In this document: in pieces, positions 57,614 through 64,000 of the stretch
Layout of the letters: each line of letters begins with the position of its first letter
Position numbering within the stretch: position 1 is the first letter of the stretch
Translations under genes and position numbers: made by a program
The notes under the pieces: model-generated
The model's input: the letters and a program-made list of their open reading frames with translations, nothing else
Told to the model about the DNA's origin: nothing
Database searches by the model: none
Assembly (NCBI GenBank): GCA_963705305.1
Contig: OY970067.1
Span: forward strand, 96,001-160,000
Source of the DNA: an uncultured Methylomirabilota bacterium
Lineage (GTDB): Bacteria > Methylomirabilota > Methylomirabilia > Methylomirabilales > 2-02-FULL-66-22
Length of the DNA: 64,000 nt
Direction: 5' to 3'

Positions 57614-59683
57614 TCACTTCCCAAACAATCCCTTGAAGAATTGCTGGATACCGGTCCCGACCTTTGACCCTTCCTGGCGGACCTCCGACCCGGCGGAGGG
57701 CGCGGCTCCGCCCTTGGCCCTCCCTGGGGCGGCGCCCATCGCTGTCTGGCACGGGTGGGCATCGGACATGGCCTTGCCGATCAGGGCCTGCGCGAGGAAG
57801 GACAATCCCCCCGTCGCCACCGCCGCGCCGATGGTCGCCGCCATCTGGGCGACTCCCACCTCGTTCACGCCGACCGTGGGCTGGGTCAGCGTCCCGCGAA
57901 CGCGCAGGAGGTTCACCAACTGGCCGGCGCCAATGCCGATGCCCTGCCGGGCCTCGGGGAGCAGGGAGAAGTCGATGGCCTCGCTCTTGAGATCGACGGT
58001 GCCGCTGCTGACGACGTTCATCTGATCCGTCTCGAAGGCGATCCCCCTGTCGGTTCTGGCAATGCCGTCCTTGGCCGCGAACCGAACCACTCCGCACTTC
58101 AGGTTTGTGGACTGACCCCCTTTGCTCAGCGGGTTCAGCTTGCTCACCACTTCGGTCACCAGATCGGCCCCCAGCCAGTTCACGAATCCCGAATGGATCT
58201 TCCCGTCGCCCAGAACGACCAGCAGGCTCCCATCGAGTCCGGCCAGCAGGCTCCGGATCGAGTCGCCGCTACCCTTGAGGTCCATGGACGCGTCGGTCTT
58301 GACCCCGCTGACGAGTTCGGGGCGCCCCATCTCGGCGAGCACCTGACCGAGCAGGACGCCCTTGGCGTCTATCGTGGCCGTGAGGATGGCGGTCGTACCG
58401 CCGGATGCGTCCAGCCCAACCTGCCCGCTGACCGTCCCGCCCCCGACCCGGCTGCTCAGGGGCTGAATCAGCATCCGCCCGTCGGCAAGCTGGACATGCG
58501 CAACCACGGCCTCAATGGGCATCTTGTCGGGCAGCACCACCCGGTCCGCTCGCAGCTCGACATTGGCGTCCGCCAGCCGGAGAGCAGCCAGGGGCAAGGG
58601 CTCGGCGGGAAAGAGCCCCGCAGCGCCCGAGCCCGCAGCGCCGGTCCTCGCCGTCCCGCCCTGGGGGAGCAGGTCTGCGAGATCCAGCAGCGTGGATGCG
58701 AGCGTCGCTTCGATTCTCGGATGCGGGGTCCCGATCCGGATGCTCGCCTTGCCCGTCAGCGTGCTCTTGCCGACACTGGCGTTCATGCCGGTGACGGACA
58801 GCGCCGAGGGCGATCCGGCCACCCGGGCCGCCAAGACAAACGGCCCGACAGCGGGAATGGACGCCCCTGCAAGCCTGGCGACCTCCGCCAGATTCAGCGC
58901 CTTGGCCTCCACCTTGAGGTCAAGTCCCGAGACCTCCATCGGCTCCGCCACGGTTCCATTCAGATTAACCGTAGTTCCGCCGGACTTGAGGACGAGGGCC
59001 ACCGGATAAGGGCGCGACGGCGCCTGCAGCTCGGCCAGGGGGCCTACGGTCCCGGCCAAGGTGAATGCCTTGCGGTCATAGGCAGCCGCCAGATCGATCC
59101 GCACCGGGCTCGAGAGATCCTTGGCCTGGAGATCCAGTCGTTCGAGGGTGAGGGTGGTCGCTCGCTTGGTCTTGCCGTCCAGGTAGGTGAGGGTGCCCTT
59201 TTCGATCCGCACGCTCTGCACCGCCAGGGCCGTCAGGCCCGGCCCGGCCTTTCCCGGTTTCTGGATTCCGGAGGCCGCCGGGGCCGCCCCGAAAGACCAG
59301 TTCCCGACACCTCGCGCATTCGTCTCCAGCCAGATATTCGGCTGCAGCAGAACCAGACGCTCGACCACGATGCGGCGGAAGATCAGGGGCAGGAGCGCGA
59401 CCTGGACCTCGAACGTCCGCATTGTCACCATCTGGGGCCGGGTCCCCCAGGAGGCGTTGGCGAAAGACACGCCGTTGACTGCGAGGGTCGGGGACAGGCC
59501 GATCGCAACGTGGAGGTCGCCCGCAATGGCGAGATCCCGCCCGGTCGCCGCCTTCACTTGCTGGGCGATCAGGCCCTTGTACTTGTTGAAGTCTATGGAC
59601 TTGATGGCGATGACGGCGGCCACGAGCGCCACCAGGATGGAGGCGGCGGCGACAAGCAGAAGCGTCTTGAGACGCATGTTCAT
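57614..59683 (-). CDS. AsmA family protein
   Basis: N-terminal anchor, DFNKYK..I...V..ATGR.L.IAG, V.LLPL, G.GNW; C-terminal GTVDL.SE, RGTL..P. Confidence 0.88.
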   Translation of the reverse strand: MNMRLKTLLLVAAASILVALVAAVIAIKSIDFNKYKGLIAQQVKAATGRDLAIAGDLHVAIGLSPTLAVNGVSFANASWGTRPQMVTMRTFEVQVALLPLIFRRIVVERLVLLQPNIWLETNARGVGNWSFGAAPAASGIQKPGKAGPGLTALAVQSVRIEKGTLTYLDGKTKRATTLTLERLDLQAKDLSSPVRIDLAAAYDRKAFTLAGTVGPLAELQAPSRPYPVALVLKSGGTTVNLNGTVAEPMEVSGLDLKVEAKALNLAEVARLAGASIPAVGPFVLAARVAGSPSALSVTGMNASVGKSTLTGKASIRIGTPHPRIEATLASTLLDLADLLPQGGTARTGAAGSGAAGLFPAEPLPLAALRLADANVELRADRVVLPDKMPIEAVVAHVQLADGRMLIQPLSSRVGGGTVSGQVGLDASGGTTAILTATIDAKGVLLGQVLAEMGRPELVSGVKTDASMDLKGSGDSIRSLLAGLDGSLLVVLGDGKIHSGFVNWLGADLVTEVVSKLNPLSKGGQSTNLKCGVVRFAAKDGIARTDRGIAFETDQMNVVSSGTVDLKSEAIDFSLLPEARQGIGIGAGQLVNLLRVRGTLTQPTVGVNEVGVAQMAATIGAAVATGGLSFLAQALIGKAMSDAHPCQTAMGAAPGRAKGGAAPSAGSEVRQEGSKVGTGIQQFFKGLFGK

Positions 59684-59852
59684 CTCTCCCAGGCTGAGAT
59701 CAACACGTGCGGCATGGCGGGCAGACAGGTTTCCATCCCCTATGAAGGAGAACCATATGCCAGAAGTCAAACAAAAATCGGGGAGATGATGCGGCGCGGG
59801 GGCGCAAACGTCCCCGGCGGGAGAGGGGGATCGAAGCGGCACAGCGCGAGGG

Positions 59853-60203
59853 TCAGGGTGCGGAGGCTGCCGTGGTCTCCATCACCCGGTCTGTTTTGGC
59901 TGCCAGGTAGAAATCGCTCTCGGTGAGGCCCCCCACTTTGTGGGTCCAGATCTCCACCGTGCATTTCCCCCAGCCAACGTGCAGGTCCGGATGATGCCCC
60001 TCTCCCTCCGCCACCGCGCCGACCTTGTTGGCGAACTCCAGGGCCCTGGCGAAGTCCGGGAAGTGGTAGGTCCGCTCCAGGTGACCCTGCGGGCTCACGT
60101 GCCAGCCGGGCTTGAGCTGGTAGAGCATCTCCTGGATCTTTGGCCACTCCATCGGGGGAATGCCCCCCCGGCAGGGGACGCACTTGTGATCGGCGAGACT
60201 CAT
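59853..60203 (-). CDS. phhB: Pterin-4-alpha-carbinolamine dehydratase
   Basis: CVPCRGG, AEGEGHHPD, WTHKVGGLTESDF.LAAK. Confidence 0.93.
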   Translation of the reverse strand: MSLADHKCVPCRGGIPPMEWPKIQEMLYQLKPGWHVSPQGHLERTYHFPDFARALEFANKVGAVAEGEGHHPDLHVGWGKCTVEIWTHKVGGLTESDFYLAAKTDRVMETTAASAP

Positions 60204-60378
60204 AGTCCGCTCTCCTCTCTCCGGTGAAACGGGCGCCGGCGCTGGCGTGCTGCCGGGGCGGCGGCCTCCGTCCGCAACGCCCGTCCGACCGCCGCGGCCG
60301 CGTCTCGCGATTCCATCCGCGAGGCACTTCTCCATCATACTGGGGCACGCCGGCACAGGGAAGTGCCCGCCTCTGCGT

Positions 60379-62094
60379 TCAGATCCCGGCCGCGCTGGCC
60401 TGGCTGAAAGGATCCAGGCCCGCCTCCAACCCCTGACGCGTGATCCGGATGGCCACCGGCCGCGAGAAGTAGAGCGTGCTGAAGGAGACCCTCCGCGGGA
60501 TCACCCGGTGTCCCAGCTTCCCGAGCGCGGCCAGCTTGGTCTCCCCCACCCGGTCATCCACCCAGAGGTCGGTGCCCTCGGTGTGCAGGCGCGGCGCTTC
60601 GATTGCGGCCTGGATGGGCTCCCTGGCGTCCAGCAGGTTGGACAGCACCTGAGGAACGGCCGAGACGATCCTCCGGCCGCCCGGCGCGCCCAGGGTGAGA
60701 TAGGGTCCCCCACGGTGGAAAGCCAGGACGGGCACCATGTTCACCAGCGGGCACTTTCCCCCGCCGACAGAGTTGGGTCTTCCCGGCTCGGGGTCGAACC
60801 AGATCATCCCGTTGTTCAGCAGGATCCCGGTCTCGGGGACGACCAGGCGCGACCCGAACAGGCCCACCGCCGTGTTAGTGAGCGACACCATGTTGCGCTG
60901 CCGGTCGATGACCCCGAGATGCGTGGTGCAATCGCCGCCTTTTCCGATCCGGACGCGCCCCCCTGCAGGTCGCGGCGCTCCGGCCTGGCGCGCCTCGTAT
61001 GACCACGGATCGGGCGGGCCGGCACTCTGCCGCCTGCCGGCCTTGAGCCCCTTTGCGCAGGCCGCGGCGTAGCCGTCCGACACCAGACCTTCCCACGGCG
61101 CGTCCACGCTGCGCGGATCCCCCAGGTAGCGCAGGCGATCCTCGAACCCTCGCTTCACCGCCTGGGCGCGCAGGTGTAGTCCGCCGGCCGTCGAATACCC
61201 TACTCGGGCCGGGGAGAACTGCGCCCAGAATGCCAGGATCTGGAGAGCCGTCACCCCACCCGTCGCGCCCGGCGTGAACGCCAGCTCAACCCCCCGGTAG
61301 CCTCCCCACAGCGGCTGGACTGCCTGTACCTGATACCCCGCCAGGTCATCTTTCGTGAGCCAGCCGTCCATGGCCCGCATGTGGGCGTGAATTCGCTCGG
61401 CGATCTCCCCGCGGTAGAACGCCGCCGCCCCATCCCTGGCGATGAGGCGGAGGCTTCTGGCCAGCTCCGGCTGGCGGAAAAGATCGCCCTCGGCCAGGAA
61501 CGGCGGACGGAAGATGTCCTGGCCGTTGCGCAGGTAGGTGCGGGCCGTCTCGGGGAATGCCCGGACCTCCTCCGAATGGATGGCCGTCGTCAGGGCCAGG
61601 TACCAGTCGGGAACGAAGCCGTCCTCGGCCAGCCTGATCGCCGGGGCCAGCACATCGGCCAGGTCCATCGTCCCGTACCGCTCCAGCATCAGGCAGAGGC
61701 CCGCCACCGATCCCGGCACCGCCACAGCCCGGGCCCCGTAGATGTTGGCGTCATCCACCACTCTGCGCCACGTGAACAGATCCTGTATGTTCCCCTCGGC
61801 CAATTCGTAGCACCGTTCGTGACAGGCGGACGGCGCCCGGACGTTGGCGTCGATCGCCACGGTCTCGCCGCGCTTGGCCAGGTGAACGAGGAAGCTCCCG
61901 CCGCCAGCCAGTGTGGACATGAACGGCTCGATCACATTCATGGCGAAGGCGGTGGCCGCGGCAGCATCCACGGCGGTGCCGCCGCGGGCCAGGATCCCGG
62001 CGCCCACCCCGGCGCCCAGCGGGTGCTCCGCCACCACCATTCCCCGCCGCGCCCGCGGGGTGACCTTGCCCAGCGCCAGCGTGCTCTGGATCAT
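60379..62094 (-). CDS. ggt: Gamma-glutamyltransferase
   Basis: GG.AVDAA, EP..S.LAGG, AVPG, CTTH (nucleophile Thr), LNNGM..F, GAPGG, APRLH. Confidence 0.92.
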   Translation of the reverse strand: MIQSTLALGKVTPRARRGMVVAEHPLGAGVGAGILARGGTAVDAAAATAFAMNVIEPFMSTLAGGGSFLVHLAKRGETVAIDANVRAPSACHERCYELAEGNIQDLFTWRRVVDDANIYGARAVAVPGSVAGLCLMLERYGTMDLADVLAPAIRLAEDGFVPDWYLALTTAIHSEEVRAFPETARTYLRNGQDIFRPPFLAEGDLFRQPELARSLRLIARDGAAAFYRGEIAERIHAHMRAMDGWLTKDDLAGYQVQAVQPLWGGYRGVELAFTPGATGGVTALQILAFWAQFSPARVGYSTAGGLHLRAQAVKRGFEDRLRYLGDPRSVDAPWEGLVSDGYAAACAKGLKAGRRQSAGPPDPWSYEARQAGAPRPAGGRVRIGKGGDCTTHLGVIDRQRNMVSLTNTAVGLFGSRLVVPETGILLNNGMIWFDPEPGRPNSVGGGKCPLVNMVPVLAFHRGGPYLTLGAPGGRRIVSAVPQVLSNLLDAREPIQAAIEAPRLHTEGTDLWVDDRVGETKLAALGKLGHRVIPRRVSFSTLYFSRPVAIRITRQGLEAGLDPFSQASAAGI

Positions 62095-62479
62095 GCGCCT
62101 GCCTCCCGGGGTGTCGAATGCTCCTCCGGCAACGGCTGCCTTCAATGCCCCATTCGCCATCCGCGCGCACCGCGCTTGGCCCGCACGAGGAGCCCGGCCG
62201 GCCGGGTCCGACGCTATCCCTGACAGTTGCGGTCTGTCAAGGCGATTGTCCGGGGCACGGGGTTGCTTCCGGGGGTCGCCTCGCCACGCCTGGATGTGGC
62301 CTCAAGACCTCCGACACCTCCTCGGTCGATTCCTGTCCCGCAATCCGGCCTGGAAGTCGACCCAGCAATCAGCCACCCTGACACTTGCCGGTCGAAGGCT
62401 TCGGGTGCGGGGCGGGGCCGAGCGCTCCGGATGAAGCGCCACACAGTGACGCAGGGCAGGAAGCGGCGGATGTCAGGAC

Positions 62480-62902
62480 TTACAAAGGAGGGTGTTCAGC
62501 GGGCAGGCTTCGGCCCAGGACCTGGTCGACCGTGCTGGCCACCTGATCGGGATTGAACGGCTTGCGGATGCTCAGGGTCGCCCCCGCCTCGATGCCTTTG
62601 GCCTCAAGATCGGGCAGGCTCATGGCCGTCATGATGAGAATGGGGGTGTGGCAGAGCCCGGGGTCGGCCCGCAGCTGCTTGCACACCTCGAACCCATCCA
62701 TGCCGGGCATCATGATATCCAGGATGATCAGGTCCGGCCGCTCCTTCTTGGCGATCGCGATTCCCGCGCGCCCGTGGGTGGCCATGACCACCCGATAGCC
62801 CCGAGCCTCCAGGACGTTGGTGCACACCCCGAGCACGAGTCGGTCATCGTCAATACAGAGGACCGTCTGCCGGCGACCCGCTGCCGTGGGCTCTTCGTTC
62901 AT
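62480..62902 (-). CDS. Stand-alone response regulator receiver
   Basis: CIDDD, DIMMPGMDG, TA, KPF. Confidence 0.9.
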   Translation of the reverse strand: MNEEPTAAGRRQTVLCIDDDRLVLGVCTNVLEARGYRVVMATHGRAGIAIAKKERPDLIILDIMMPGMDGFEVCKQLRADPGLCHTPILIMTAMSLPDLEAKGIEAGATLSIRKPFNPDQVASTVDQVLGRSLPAEHPPL

Positions 62903-63176
62903 CCGGGCTCCTCCTCTTCCAGCAGCTTTTCTCCCTGCTACCCTTAGCGACCCGGCCCCCAATTGTCAATCGAACACCATTCCTTGTCTCGCTGACCTCC
63001 GCTTGCTTCGCCCTGGCAAGCGGATCGCGACCGGCAGTCGCGATCCCGATTCCCTTCAGAGGGGCCATCGAGCGCTGCTGTCGGAGGCACCGATCGGGGC
63101 GAATTCGGGGACGGCGACCGGCGGGCGGCGGGATGGAGGCGCCGCGAATCAGGCGCTGCACCCCCATGCGAATGGG

Positions 63177-63881
63177 CTACATCCCCAGATAGGCCTTCTT
63201 GAGGTGCGGATTGGCCAGCAGGTCCGCTCCCTTTCCCTCGAGCACGATCCTCCCGTTTTCCAGGACGTAGCCCCGATGGGCCAACCGCAGCGAGTGCTGG
63301 ACATTCTGCTCCACCAAGAGCACCGTGGTGCCCTGGGCGTTCACATCCCGCACCGTCTCGAGGATCTGCCTCACCAGGAGCGGGGCCAGCCCTATGGAGG
63401 GCTCGTCGAGCATCAGCAGCCGAGGAAGGGCCATCAGCCCCCGGCCGATGGCCAGCATCTGCTGCTCTCCGCCGGAGAGGGAGCCCGCGAGCTGCGTCTG
63501 CCGTTCCTGCAGGATCGGCAGCAGGCCGAAGACTGTCTCCAGGCTCTTGGCCCGCCGCTGCCTCGCCTCCCGTGAATAGGCCCCCAGCTCCAGGTTCTCC
63601 AGCACCGTCATGTAGGGGAAGAGCCGCCGGCCCTCGGGTACCTGCACCAGACCCAGGGCCACAATTTCATAGGGCGGGAGGTGGTCGATGCGCTGCCCCC
63701 GGAACTGGATCGAGCCTCGTCGCGGGCGCATCATGCCGGAGAGGGTGTTGATGGTGGTGGTCTTGCCGGCGGCGTTGGCTCCAACCAGGGCGACGATCTC
63801 CCCCTCCTCCACGGTCACCGACATCCCATGGAGCACCTTGACGTCGCCGTACGCCACGTCGATGTCGCGGACTTCAAGCAA
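63177..63881 (-). CDS. livF: Branched-chain amino acid ABC transporter ATPase
   Basis: [37 protein letters not shown]. Confidence 0.93.
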   Translation of the reverse strand: MLEVRDIDVAYGDVKVLHGMSVTVEEGEIVALVGANAAGKTTTINTLSGMMRPRRGSIQFRGQRIDHLPPYEIVALGLVQVPEGRRLFPYMTVLENLELGAYSREARQRRAKSLETVFGLLPILQERQTQLAGSLSGGEQQMLAIGRGLMALPRLLMLDEPSIGLAPLLVRQILETVRDVNAQGTTVLLVEQNVQHSLRLAHRGYVLENGRIVLEGKGADLLANPHLKKAYLGM

Positions 63882-64000
63882 GGAGGTACTCCTCTCCCAA
63901 GTAGGCCTCGATCACCCGTTTGTCCCCTGCCACCTCTTTGGGCATCCCCTCGGCGATCTTCTCTCCGTGATGCAGCACCAGGATCCGGTCGGAGATGGTC
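63874..64000 (-). CDS. livG: Branched-chain amino acid ABC transporter ATPase, C-terminal part (runs off the window edge)
   Basis: Manual translation [41 protein letters not shown]. Confidence 0.9.
   Translation of the reverse strand, partial: TISDRILVLHHGEKIAEGMPKEVAGDKRVIEAYLGEEYLLA

Overview
A GC-rich, densely coding bacterial chromosomal window; the taxon cannot be fixed from the sequence. The first half is mainly carbohydrate and organic-acid uptake and catabolism: two CUT1-type sugar ABC systems without a local ATPase gene, SDR/PfkB/Zn-ADH/FGGY enzymes, uxaE, iolB, kdgK-eda-RraA, glcDEF, and a TRAP/LysR block. The second half is mixed: DNA repair (Ogt with an Ada zinc finger, MutT/MutY), redox, a Crp/Fnr-linked ferredoxin-DUF438-DUF1858 operon with a perfect FNR-type box, a sigma54 two-component module, a TPP riboswitch with a CytX-like permease, AsmA, GGT and the end of a liv operon. 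The ORF track misses several features: a probable selenoprotein TlpA-like thioredoxin (UxxC motif plus SECIS-like hairpin, 41847-42419), a 25-aa Lys-rich small ORF with its own RBS and promoter, and a complete IS1380-family element with 18-bp inverted repeats and a 6-bp target duplication. It also misses a 5.9-kb block flanked by a degenerate 37-bp direct repeat, a doubly frameshifted dctM, a sensor-like gene with an in-frame stop, and several families of short palindromic intergenic repeats. I saw no CRISPR array, rRNA, tRNA, prophage or reverse transcriptase. No wholly new system can be proven from sequence alone; the best leads are in the findings. All functional calls come from motif recognition by eye, not database searches.
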